From Promethearchaeota archaeon Loki_b32 (GTDB lineage Archaea > Asgardarchaeota > Lokiarchaeia > Sigyniarchaeales > SOKP01): a DNA stretch of 64,000 nt. Positions 31,625-41,475 of the stretch are shown in pieces (the stretch's first letter is position 1; each line of letters opens with the position of its first letter). Both the position numbers and the translations under genes were made by a program. The notes beneath the pieces were generated by a model that worked only from the letters and a program-made list of their open reading frames with translations, was not told the origin of the DNA and made no database searches. The stretch is from assembly GCA_005223125.1 (NCBI GenBank), contig NJBH01000001.1:64001-128000 (forward strand), read 5' to 3'.

Positions 31625-33364
31625 TTAATCATTCATTTGATATGCGTCTTTTAATGTGTATACGATGTTCCAGACTTTATTAAATCTCTCCTGATCCACA
31701 TTAGGTTTTTTAATCATCTTTAAGCACCATTCCATCTGCTCAGGTGTAGTGCTAGATTTATGATATAAATTTAATGCATATTTAGAGAAATCTCTTATGA
31801 GAAAGTCGAATATATGATCGATAGTATCATTATCAAGATCGTAGATGTGAGCATTCTCAATGATAAGATGAGAATAAACTACGAGAGCAAAGATTTGACC
31901 AATTCCAGAGAGCATAAAATCCATATCCTTTTGTTGTTCTGGACTGGGAGTTGCTTTTATTCCAAAAAGGTTGAATAGTTTAATTTGTTCCAAGAAAATT
32001 TTAACATTGGGCAAATTATATTTCTCAAAAGCCGGTTTCCAATCATGAAGGCGAACTCGTCCTAATCCTCGGGCTGCTCCTTGGTTGAAAAGGAAATCAT
32101 CATTTTTAATATTGTCCTGTCGAGGAACTTCCTCATATTTCTTATGATTCATGAAGAAATTTAGCATGAATTTTAAAATTAAGGCAATATTCACATGAAC
32201 CGTCCCCTCGAGTTTTGGTAAAGCGCGAATATCTATAGCTGCGTTCTCGAAATACATATCTTTCTCAAAACCTTTTGCCGCAATAACGTCCCATAAGAGA
32301 TTGATAACTTCCTCTCCTTGTGTTGTTGTTTTCATTTTCATTACTGGAGCATAAAGTAGGTAGCGCCGATCTTTTTTAGAAGCTACGCGCATGTAATCAG
32401 CAGTTCGTAATCCAAATAATTTCATAGCGACTAACCGTGTATAGGCATCTACAAAATTTTGTTTAACGTGTTGAAAATCAGTAACATACATATTATATAA
32501 TCTACGATGAGCAGCATGATGAATAGCTTCATAAAATGCATGCGTACAAATGCCAATTGAAGCCCAACCTAAATTATATTTACCCACATTTACAGTATTG
32601 AGTGAAGCATTCCATGCATCTTCTCCTTTAGAAAGAATATCTTCTTCAGTTATGGGATAATCATGTAGAGCAAAATTTGCTACAAAGTTTTGGCTATCGC
32701 AAACATTTTTTTTCAGTTCATAATTTTTGTGTTTATAATTTGCTACAAAAAATACATATTGATCTTTATTTTTCATGTCATATGGAGGGATATTACCATC
32801 TATATCAGCAAGTTTACCAAAATTTGAAACCATCTCCGCTTCGTTACCATTACCAATATAATACTTCTCTCCATTAGCCCGATAAGTTTCATCTTCTTGT
32901 AGTGTAAGTTTCATCTCAGTTGCATAGATATCCGCTCCGTGAGCTTTTTCTGAAAGACCAAATGCAAATATCGCTCCTTCTCTAAGTAATCGAGCTGCCT
33001 TCTTCTTAATTTCTTCATTATTACTCATCCATATGGGTCCAAGTCCTAGAATGGAGACTTGCCAAGTATACCAATAATTAAGACCATAAAATGCTAGAAT
33101 TTCGTTAAATTCGCAAATACGCCACGTATCCCAACGATAATTCTCATCTTCACCGTATGGAGTGGGTGTTAGAAGCTGTGCAAAAATATTGTTGTTTTTT
33201 TGAAACTCAATAAAATCAGAATACCACACCCTTTCGTGATAATCTTCTTTTAGTTTTGCTTTCCCCTTCTTTTCGAAAAAATCAATAGTTTTAAGCATAA
33301 TCTCCTTAGACTTCTCATCGGGATAATAGCGATCATGCTTTTTAGGATTTAATAAAATTGTCAT
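31625..33364 (-). CDS. Acyl-CoA dehydrogenase family protein
   Basis: FGLSEKAHGAD, GEKYYIGN and LPKLEGT motifs. Confidence 0.88.
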   Translation of the reverse strand: MTILLNPKKHDRYYPDEKSKEIMLKTIDFFEKKGKAKLKEDYHERVWYSDFIEFQKNNNIFAQLLTPTPYGEDENYRWDTWRICEFNEILAFYGLNYWYTWQVSILGLGPIWMSNNEEIKKKAARLLREGAIFAFGLSEKAHGADIYATEMKLTLQEDETYRANGEKYYIGNGNEAEMVSNFGKLADIDGNIPPYDMKNKDQYVFFVANYKHKNYELKKNVCDSQNFVANFALHDYPITEEDILSKGEDAWNASLNTVNVGKYNLGWASIGICTHAFYEAIHHAAHRRLYNMYVTDFQHVKQNFVDAYTRLVAMKLFGLRTADYMRVASKKDRRYLLYAPVMKMKTTTQGEEVINLLWDVIAAKGFEKDMYFENAAIDIRALPKLEGTVHVNIALILKFMLNFFMNHKKYEEVPRQDNIKNDDFLFNQGAARGLGRVRLHDWKPAFEKYNLPNVKIFLEQIKLFNLFGIKATPSPEQQKDMDFMLSGIGQIFALVVYSHLIIENAHIYDLDNDTIDHIFDFLIRDFSKYALNLYHKSSTTPEQMEWCLKMIKKPNVDQERFNKVWNIVYTLKDAYQMND

Positions 33365-33561
33365 TAGTTTTTATTTCTCTCATCAATTATTTAATTAATT
33401 TTAAAAATCGTTAAGAAATTTTAAAAATTTAGATTAGTTAAGAAAATAATTAAAATATCCACATTTCTTAAAATTAAAGAAAAATTATAAATTATCTGGA
33501 GTTGGAATAATTTAAAAAAAAGTTACTGATCACATCTTTTACTAATTCCTTAAAATTGGAT

Positions 33562-34422
33562 TTAATGGGAATTGTCCTCCCAATGAATCAGATCGACTTG
33601 TTGTTCTGTGATATTAAAGCCGAATGATTTATAAAGGCCTGTAGCCCGAGTATTTTTAACATGGACTCGAAGACCTACTCTCTCCAGACCTAAGTCCTTT
33701 AATCTTTCAAGAGTATATAGCAAAATTTGCTTACCAAACCCTTTAGATCTGAATTCAGGTGCAACACCAATATTATTTAAATTATTTTGGGAATTTGGAG
33801 TTAGATTCAAAATTCCAATCATTTTATTTTCCTTATAAACATTATAAAGTTCTTGCATTTCATACCAAAAATTAAGAAGCATGTCAGGTACTCCAGCTAA
33901 GTTCACCGTGGTTTCTCCCTCATAAGAACCATCAGTACAATGGCCTACTGACTCTAAAAATTCTCTAACTTTATCTTTTTCGACTTTTTCGAATCTAAGT
34001 ATTTCTGGGGGGCTAGAGATATCATCTAATGATCGATCCATCCTGTACCAACGCGCTTTTTCCTTAAAGCCTTGTTCTTTGAAAGTTTGGATAACTTTTG
34101 TCTGCTTCTCGGGTATGCTAGGTGCAAAAACATATTTAACGCTATGATCTTTTCCCTTACTTAAAGTCTTTTTAGCGATCTCCTCAATACAATTTTGGGA
34201 TTTCTCATAATCTAAGATTTGTATCATGCACAATGGTGTTCCTATAGGGGCTATTAAATTCACAGGTTCCTTGCCATAATAGACTATTGCAACTGGGTTT
34301 GATGCACATAAAAAGAGCCAATATTTTAGTCCCATCGATTCATATGTTTGTACATACTTCAATATCTTCTCTCTGAATTGCTCGATTTTAGAATCTTTAT
34401 GTGAGATAATTTGTAAATTCAT
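33562..34422 (-). CDS. GNAT family N-acetyltransferase
   Basis: IGVAPEFRSKGFGK and NTRATGLYKSFGF motifs. Confidence 0.85.
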   Translation of the reverse strand: MNLQIISHKDSKIEQFREKILKYVQTYESMGLKYWLFLCASNPVAIVYYGKEPVNLIAPIGTPLCMIQILDYEKSQNCIEEIAKKTLSKGKDHSVKYVFAPSIPEKQTKVIQTFKEQGFKEKARWYRMDRSLDDISSPPEILRFEKVEKDKVREFLESVGHCTDGSYEGETTVNLAGVPDMLLNFWYEMQELYNVYKENKMIGILNLTPNSQNNLNNIGVAPEFRSKGFGKQILLYTLERLKDLGLERVGLRVHVKNTRATGLYKSFGFNITEQQVDLIHWEDNSH

Positions 34423-34506
34423 AAATATCTAAAAATATTATGGAATTTGAAGTTAATTATTTATTAAATGTATAGAAATAAATTAGGATTTTAATTTCAT
34501 AAGACA

Positions 34507-36453
34507 ATGAGTTATGATAAAATTTTTAAAGGAAAACGGGGAGATGAAAAGTTCTATTTAGGCAATGAGGCGATAGTTCGAGGCGCTTTAGAAAGTGGTA
34601 TTGATGTTTACACTTATTATCCGGGCACACCCAGCTCAGAAGTTGGAGAAACTTTTATGGAAATTTTCAAAGAAGTAGGAATGAAATGGGTGGAACGCAG
34701 CATCAATGAAAAAGTCGCAATAGAAGTTGCAGGAGCAGCGTACGCTAGAGGAGCGACAGTGATGGTAGGGATGAAAAATGTAGGATTGAATGTTGCCTCC
34801 GATCCATTATTTGCTCTTGCTACCACACGTCCAAAAAATAAGAATTCCGCAATGGTAATTTTAGTTGCTGATGATCCTCAACAACATTCGAGTGCGGTAG
34901 AAATGGATTCAAGATATTTCTTAAAAATATTTAAAATACCAGCATTAGAACCGAGCAATCCTCAGGAATGTTTAGAATTTACTAAAGAAGCATTTAAAAT
35001 ATCAAGAGAATTAAAACTTCCTGTAATATTAAGGACTGTCACAATGATTTCTCATGCCAGAAGTAACGTGATTGTTGGGGAAATAAAACCTTCTGGGATT
35101 AGAGATGATTTTAATTTATCAAAAGAGGTTAACGTTGCTTTGAGACTTTACTTCTTAGAGTTAAAAGAAGAACATATATATAATAGATTGAATCAAGCTT
35201 TAGAGATTTCAGAGAATAGCCCATTGAATAAAATTGAAAATGAAAATATAAAAAATAAATTTGATTTAGGAATTATTACAAGCGGTGTATCTTATAGTTA
35301 TGTAGGTGATACTTTAGATTTTCTTGAGCTTGAAGCACCAATACTTAAGATTGGCTTCATAAATCCACTTCCAGAAAGAAAAATTGTGGTGTTTCTAAAA
35401 CAATTTAAACAGATATTTGTTATTGAAGAAAATGATACCTATCTCGAAACTCAAATTTTGGCAATTGCTCACAAAAATAGTCTTAATGTGAAAATTCATG
35501 GGAAAGATCCTTTTTCTTACTCAAAAGAAAATAAATTATTATCTATTGTAGGAGAATTAAATCCTACTAAAATCGCTTTAGCGTTAATGAAAATAACAGA
35601 TATAAAGCCAAAAATAGATTTAAACCAAATTAGTAAGAAGAAATATGATACCTTAGCGAGAAATCCCATAATGTGTCCGGGATGCCCCCATAGAACAACA
35701 GGATATGCTTTACAAAAAGCTATAAAAAAAATTAAATTAATTTCAGGAAAAAACATTTACTTTTACCAAGATATTGGGTGTTATACACTTTTAGCTTTTC
35801 CTCCATTTTCTTTTGCTAATGTTAAGTATTGCATGGGTTCTAGTATAGCCTTAGCTCAGGGAGTTGCTCAAACAAGTGAAAGTTTTAATATAGCAATTAT
35901 AGGAGATGGAACATTTTTTCATTCTGGGATACCTGCGCTTTTAAATGGAATATATAATAAAACTCCAATTTTGGTGTTAATATTAGATAATGGGTGGATC
36001 GGGATGACAGGCCAGCAACCCCATCCTGGGAGTGATACACGCTACTACAAAGAGGGAAGCTCTAAGAAAGCTATTAATCTAGAAGAATTCTTAAACGGTA
36101 CGGGAGCAAATGTTAACGTAATTAAGCATTATGAAAATAATGATAATGAATATTTCCTAAAGTTAAGTAAACTTATTTATGAAAAAAGCCTCGATGTCAT
36201 AAATAATAAAAATTTACATGTTATTATTATTAAGGACGAATGTATTCAAAAAACTATTAAAAGACAAGCGCCCGTTTTAAGATATATTGATAATGAGTTA
36301 TGTAATAATTGTGGTATATGTTATAGGAAATTTTTATGTCCTGCTATTGATATTAGCGAGGAATTAGTCTATATTGATCAAAATCTATGCCTAGGTTGCG
36401 GTATATGTGAAATGATTTGCCCAAATAAAGCTATTCATAGGGAGGAGCTATAA
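34507..36453 (+). CDS. iorA: Indolepyruvate:ferredoxin oxidoreductase alpha subunit
   Basis: LGNEAIVRG, YPGTPSSE, CPGCPHR, DIGCY, GDGTFFHSG and a C-terminal ferredoxin. Confidence 0.93.
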   Translation: MSYDKIFKGKRGDEKFYLGNEAIVRGALESGIDVYTYYPGTPSSEVGETFMEIFKEVGMKWVERSINEKVAIEVAGAAYARGATVMVGMKNVGLNVASDPLFALATTRPKNKNSAMVILVADDPQQHSSAVEMDSRYFLKIFKIPALEPSNPQECLEFTKEAFKISRELKLPVILRTVTMISHARSNVIVGEIKPSGIRDDFNLSKEVNVALRLYFLELKEEHIYNRLNQALEISENSPLNKIENENIKNKFDLGIITSGVSYSYVGDTLDFLELEAPILKIGFINPLPERKIVVFLKQFKQIFVIEENDTYLETQILAIAHKNSLNVKIHGKDPFSYSKENKLLSIVGELNPTKIALALMKITDIKPKIDLNQISKKKYDTLARNPIMCPGCPHRTTGYALQKAIKKIKLISGKNIYFYQDIGCYTLLAFPPFSFANVKYCMGSSIALAQGVAQTSESFNIAIIGDGTFFHSGIPALLNGIYNKTPILVLILDNGWIGMTGQQPHPGSDTRYYKEGSSKKAINLEEFLNGTGANVNVIKHYENNDNEYFLKLSKLIYEKSLDVINNKNLHVIIIKDECIQKTIKRQAPVLRYIDNELCNNCGICYRKFLCPAIDISEELVYIDQNLCLGCGICEMICPNKAIHREEL

Positions 36454-37055
36454 TGAATTTTGATAGTTATACTATAGTAGTTACTGGTTTAGGAGGGCAA
36501 GGTTTAATTAGATTTTTACAAATTTTAGGAAATGCTTTAATGATTAAAGGATATAAAGTTATGACTTCTGAGACTCATGGCCTTAGTCAGAGAGGAGGAA
36601 AAGTGTCATGCTTCCTTCGTTTCGGAAATAAATTACCCGCTCCAATCCCAATGATAGGATCAGCGGACATAATTCTAAGTTTAGAAGAGAGTAGCATCTT
36701 GGATGTATTATATTATGCTAAACCCGATAAAAGTACGAATTTAATAATATCCACTTACGAGAAACAGCAAATTGACACAAAATACCCTTCTCTGGAGTAT
36801 CTATTAAGTGTTCTATATGAAAATTCTGAAAATATTTATTTTATTCCAGTTTCGGAGATAGCAGTAAAACATACGGGAAATTTAAAGGCTATGAATAGTG
36901 TTATATTAGGCTACATTCTAAAATTCTTACCCTTAGACAGTAATGATCTTGAAGAATCTTTAATACAACATTTTTCAGAGAAGAATTTAGAATTAAATCT
37001 AAAAGGATTTAAAGAGGGTCAAAAATTACAGTCGATTTTATCAGAAAATGAGTAA
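36453..37055 (+). CDS. iorB: Indolepyruvate:ferredoxin oxidoreductase beta subunit
   Basis: GLGGQG and SETHGLSQRGG motifs; TAATG stop/start overlap with iorA. Confidence 0.92.
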   Translation: MNFDSYTIVVTGLGGQGLIRFLQILGNALMIKGYKVMTSETHGLSQRGGKVSCFLRFGNKLPAPIPMIGSADIILSLEESSILDVLYYAKPDKSTNLIISTYEKQQIDTKYPSLEYLLSVLYENSENIYFIPVSEIAVKHTGNLKAMNSVILGYILKFLPLDSNDLEESLIQHFSEKNLELNLKGFKEGQKLQSILSENE

Positions 37056-37067
37056 TAAATTTTAAAT

Positions 37068-38441
37068 CTACAAATGCTTTTGAAGGTTTACAATCTTTTT
37101 TCCTAGTTTTTTAATTCTGGATTCATTCCCATTAAAGTCTTGGACGTCTTTTAGTATTTTTAAACATTGTTGATAATAGTTAATAGCATTAATGTAATCC
37201 TTTCTTTTCTCAGCTTTTTCTCCTGCTTTTAAGGCATAATCCAAATCTAATCCTTTAATCTTTTTATCAAGTTCTAAAACCAAGAACGATATCCTACCAA
37301 TGTCTTCCTTGAAATCAAAACCAGTTGCTAAAAAGAGAGCTTTTTCATATTCTTTTTGTGCTTCCTTATATATTAAAGCTTTTTCAGCAGTTTCTCCTTT
37401 TTTAGTATAGGATTTAATAGCTTTACTAACTTCTTCTTCACTCATATATTTAGCTTTTTCTTTTAATTCATGTATAGCGTCATCATTAGCAATAATAGGG
37501 GAAATTAATTCGTTATTAGCAAGTCGAGTTGCTTCTGTTTCTTGAAATCTTAGAATATTATTTTCAGCAATCTCGATTGTAGTAGGAATTATAAAATTAT
37601 TTTTTAAAAGTTGAGAAATTTCATAGAGGATAACATTCGCATCGATTTTAACGATTTTTTGAACTTCATCGATTAAATTGATGATAAAAAAGAATTGTTT
37701 TGAAGCCAATAATTGTTTAGCAAAATCTATAATAGCTTTTTGTATAGGGTTTTTTTTAATTCTTTCTAAGGTATCTGGTAAAAATATATGAGTTAAAGTC
37801 ATCGGGAATACCAACATGATATTGAATGTATCAATTATGAAATCAATAGTATCTTCGAAGTCAAGCTTTCGAGTACTAATAAATCTTTCTAGTTTACCCA
37901 AATATCTTGCTTCATATTCATTTAAAAATTCTGATACAAGGATTTTCAAACTATCAGAAGCTTTATGATCTAATACCAAACAAATTCTAATGAATTCTCT
38001 ATTTTTTAGTAAAATATTGAATGTCTCATATTGAAATTCATAAAAAGGATGGACTTTTCCATTACTTATCATACCATTTGAATTGCTGCCCGATTCGGAG
38101 AAAGTTATATTTGCCTGAATGAATCCCGTTAATAGTTGAGTATCTACACCTGCTCCTGAAATTGGATAATCTACTAATGGTAACCCCGAATCTTTAGCGA
38201 TTAATAAAATGTGTTTAATATTTAGAACATCTAAAAACTTTTGCCAGTTTAAATCCTGAAACATCTGGGTCCGTCTTTCCTCAGAATCAATTATCGTAAA
38301 TTTTAAATTTTGTTTAAGATCTAAACCAAATTTTTCAAGTTGAGCTTTAACACACTCTTTACAGTGATCTGGATATCTCTGACAATTATTTTTGTCAATT
38401 CCGCAATTAAACCCTACAGGACTAATCTGAAAATATACCAT
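37068..38441 (-). CDS. Asgard-type longin-like + helical TPR/MIT-like protein with N-terminal Cys cluster
   Basis: CxxxxxxC..HCKEC; ILLIAKDSGLPL...LLTGFIQA longin pattern; C-terminal AxxxYxxA helical repeats. Confidence 0.6.
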   Translation of the reverse strand: MVYFQISPVGFNCGIDKNNCQRYPDHCKECVKAQLEKFGLDLKQNLKFTIIDSEERRTQMFQDLNWQKFLDVLNIKHILLIAKDSGLPLVDYPISGAGVDTQLLTGFIQANITFSESGSNSNGMISNGKVHPFYEFQYETFNILLKNREFIRICLVLDHKASDSLKILVSEFLNEYEARYLGKLERFISTRKLDFEDTIDFIIDTFNIMLVFPMTLTHIFLPDTLERIKKNPIQKAIIDFAKQLLASKQFFFIINLIDEVQKIVKIDANVILYEISQLLKNNFIIPTTIEIAENNILRFQETEATRLANNELISPIIANDDAIHELKEKAKYMSEEEVSKAIKSYTKKGETAEKALIYKEAQKEYEKALFLATGFDFKEDIGRISFLVLELDKKIKGLDLDYALKAGEKAEKRKDYINAINYYQQCLKILKDVQDFNGNESRIKKLGKKIVNLQKHL

Positions 38442-38849
38442 TTAGAACCAATACTTCAATTTAATAATTTTAATTGTAATAATAAGTATTAAAAACATTT
38501 ATGTTAATTTTTTCTTATCAACAATCTCTGCAAATAATTATTATATTCATTCTTTTTATTGTTTTATACTCACTTTAGATTCTGTACTAATATAACGAAA
38601 AATTAAATGTCAAAAAAATGGAAGCAACTTTTCTATTTAGAGAAATCATTGTAATAATACAATCTAGGAATAAACACTTTTTTTCTATAAGACTAAGAAC
38701 AACTTGAGCAAAATCTGGTTTAATGTCGTCTTCAATCACTAGTTCAGAAAGGAGAATGTATTTAATTCAGAAAAAATGAAAACTATTAATAGTAGATTTA
38801 AAAGAATTGGGAAAAAAAAAAATAAAGTTACTTAAATTGGATTTTTAAT

Positions 38850-39884
38850 TTACACTTGATACCTTTGATCAATAATAGTTTGAAATTGCATGTTTGAATG
38901 AGGTTGGTCTTGATAACCACCTCGTTTTGAAACAAGATAAAACTGTACCATAGATTTATTATATTCTAAAGTAATTCCTCGCCATTTATTATCATTCGAA
39001 TTAAATTCTACAACATTTCCAAGTGCTACTCCTTTTCTTGCAGAGTAATCAAGGTTCAATCCTGCTAAAGTCTTTATAAGTTCATCATGGTATTCATTAA
39101 CTTTACGTTGAGGTTTATCTTTAAATCTTAATGCTTCAATGGAGAAAGCTTTAATAATATCGTTGCTCATGGTATTCCATACTTCTTTGTTTGTATAAAA
39201 TTCAATCCCAATAAACTCACCATTAATAAACACGGCAATTCCACACTGATTTTGTACTCTTTTAAAGTGTTTTACGAAATTTTCAGTTTGTTTTTCAGAT
39301 TCTTTAGTTATCTCGAGATAACTTTGAGTTGGCGCAATTGATGATGCGTAATTCATCTCTACTCTATGTGATTGAATCTCATTCCACACCCCACTTTGGC
39401 CTGCAGCTGAAATGGCTTGATATGCTACATTAGGATGAAGCCTTGTACTTGAAGATTTGAATCCACGACTTTTGCTATAGTTCCACCTCGATTGTTCCAC
39501 ACATTTAGCAGGTATAGTATATTTTTGTTTATTTGTTCCAGGATTTTCACTGACTATGCTTTGTTTTCCTCCAACAGGTAATAATATTGGCTCCCAGATT
39601 GTTCTATCCTGTTTTCCCCCGCGAACTGTCATTCCGAATGGAATTAATATTTGTTTATCACTTTTATTTACAACTTCCAATTGACCAACTGTTTCAGTTT
39701 CAATAATCTCGATTAATTCTAATTCTTCTGCTTCCTTTATACTGATATAATCAATAAATTTTTCGTCTTGAACGATGAGTGGAATAACTGTCATGTTTTT
39801 ATAAACTTGAGGAGTATCTAATTTAAGATAACTTAAAGGATTTTTAAATAAGGTCTTTACAATTTGGATACTTTCATTTTTCAA
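38850..39884 (-). CDS. ARPP-1/DUF6569-like domain protein
   Basis: TVGQLEVVNKSDKQILIPFG..VRGGKQDRTI, CVEQSRW, QSGVWNEI and QCGIAVFING motifs. Confidence 0.72.
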   Translation of the reverse strand: MKNESIQIVKTLFKNPLSYLKLDTPQVYKNMTVIPLIVQDEKFIDYISIKEAEELELIEIIETETVGQLEVVNKSDKQILIPFGMTVRGGKQDRTIWEPILLPVGGKQSIVSENPGTNKQKYTIPAKCVEQSRWNYSKSRGFKSSSTRLHPNVAYQAISAAGQSGVWNEIQSHRVEMNYASSIAPTQSYLEITKESEKQTENFVKHFKRVQNQCGIAVFINGEFIGIEFYTNKEVWNTMSNDIIKAFSIEALRFKDKPQRKVNEYHDELIKTLAGLNLDYSARKGVALGNVVEFNSNDNKWRGITLEYNKSMVQFYLVSKRGGYQDQPHSNMQFQTIIDQRYQV

Positions 39885-39886
39885 AC

Positions 39887-40312
39887 TTAATCATCCTCTT
39901 TTTTTTCATTTTCATTTTTTATACGTTTATTTTTTTCAGGCAAATTTTCTTCATAAAGCGGACTTATAAACTGATTTACTATATCTTTTCCATTTTTAGT
40001 AAGCTCTACTCCTTGAATGACTTTTAATTTTCCACTTTTACTTATTCCATTAATCCTAACACCTTTTCCTTTTGGTACTTCAGTTTCAGAGAATTCTTTC
40101 TTATGAGTTTTTACTAATCCACCCTTCTTTAGAGCATTTAAATGATAGTTTATATTTTGTCTATCAACCCCAATGTTTTTAGCGATCTGAGCAGGAATCT
40201 CTGGGCTTTCCGAAAGTTGCTGTAATATATCAGCCCTTACAGGGCTTCGAAATACAAGTCCTACTTTTTCAAAAATCGGTTTTTTCTTCTCTTTTTCTTC
40301 CTTTTTTGCCAT
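39887..40312 (-). CDS. ArsR-family winged HTH transcriptional regulator
   Basis: SPVRADILQQL...AQIAKNIGVDRQNINYHLNALKKGGLV; only 2 bp from the downstream gene. ATG at 40312; the ORF track starts at 40333. Confidence 0.85.
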   Translation of the reverse strand: MAKKEEKEKKKPIFEKVGLVFRSPVRADILQQLSESPEIPAQIAKNIGVDRQNINYHLNALKKGGLVKTHKKEFSETEVPKGKGVRINGISKSGKLKVIQGVELTKNGKDIVNQFISPLYEENLPEKNKRIKNENEKKEDD

Positions 40313-40343
40313 AAATTTCACGTTTTTTTGCAAAATAAAATTA

Positions 40344-40368
40344 TACAGTAAAAAAAGTTTTTACTGTA
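40344..40368. promoter_or_regulatory. Perfect 11-3-11 inverted repeat TACAGTAAAAA-AAG-TTTTTACTGTA, likely HTH operator
   Basis: Directly visible. It lies about 20-45 bp downstream of a minus-strand TTTATATA box (40390-40397), over the predicted start site of the HTH gene. Confidence 0.7.
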
Positions 40369-40442
40369 AAAATTGTATAATCATTTTCATATATAAATGT
40401 TCCTACTTTTGTTAAATTTAAACTATAGAGGAATGTATACAT

Positions 40443-41330
40443 TTGGATTTAGAAATCTTTACTATTACAACTGCTGTTATATTATGTGGCTTAGCAATAA
40501 TTCATGCAATATTTGATGGATCTTCTAATCGTATTCAACGATTATTAATGCTGGCAACTCTATTTATATACGGTATTTTCCTAGAATATATAGGAATTAT
40601 GTCAGGACATCATTATTATGCAGAAGAAACCGTTATGTTTTTTGAGGTGGTGCCTTTATCAATTCCACTAGCATGGGTGGGAATCATTTATAGTGCAATG
40701 ATTATTGCTGAACACTTAAAATTATCTCTATGGATGCGTATTCTAACGACGACTTTCATTGCTCTTAGCTTAGATTGGGGCATGGATCCTATTTCAGTAG
40801 ATTTAGGTCTATGGACTTGGACACACGAAGGCGGTTCTTTTTTTGGAATACCCAGCTTTAATTTTACTGGTTGGTTTTTAATACCGATTGCATTTTTAAT
40901 ACCATATAATTTAAACTGGAGTACTGAAAAGAAAAGATTAAGAATTTTGACTATTCGGGAAATCGATAATAATGATTCAATGAATCGAAAAATCTACACT
41001 CTTTTTCTAGTAGTTCCATTAGGTTTAATATTAATGATGGGGATCGGATCTATAACTTTAGTACCATTTTTTTATAACTTACCATTAGTAATTGTTATTA
41101 TCTTTGAATTTCTAACAATACTTATTGCTTCATTCATGATTATCTTCAACTTCCAGAATCTAAAACGTGTGAATTGGTATGACTTGATACCTCCAATTGT
41201 TCTAATATATGTTGCCTATAGTCACATTTTATTAGGTTTTTTCACAGGTCAAATTGTTTTAAGTATACATATGATCCTAACAACATTCCCATTAGTATTA
41301 GCATTAATCTTCACTCTGTGGAAAAGGTAA
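40443..41330 (+). CDS. Carotenoid biosynthesis protein-like membrane protein (CruF/DUF422 family)
   Basis: VPLSIPLAW, DWGMDP, GLWTW and FGIPSFNFTGW motifs. Confidence 0.8.
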   Translation: MDLEIFTITTAVILCGLAIIHAIFDGSSNRIQRLLMLATLFIYGIFLEYIGIMSGHHYYAEETVMFFEVVPLSIPLAWVGIIYSAMIIAEHLKLSLWMRILTTTFIALSLDWGMDPISVDLGLWTWTHEGGSFFGIPSFNFTGWFLIPIAFLIPYNLNWSTEKKRLRILTIREIDNNDSMNRKIYTLFLVVPLGLILMMGIGSITLVPFFYNLPLVIVIIFEFLTILIASFMIIFNFQNLKRVNWYDLIPPIVLIYVAYSHILLGFFTGQIVLSIHMILTTFPLVLALIFTLWKR

Positions 41331-41475
41331 TAATTGAAAATTCTTATCAATCAAAGGAAAAGAATAATAAAAAGTTAGTTATATAGTATTGAGTATTAAA
41401 AAATATAAGAAAATGATTGATAAATTAGATTCTTTGATTAACACTATGGATTAATAAACTTAAACATTCGAAGAT

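Noticed and set aside
38585-38765. Short minus-strand open frame (ILLSELVIEDDIKPDF...)
   Set aside because: No convincing start or recognisable family.
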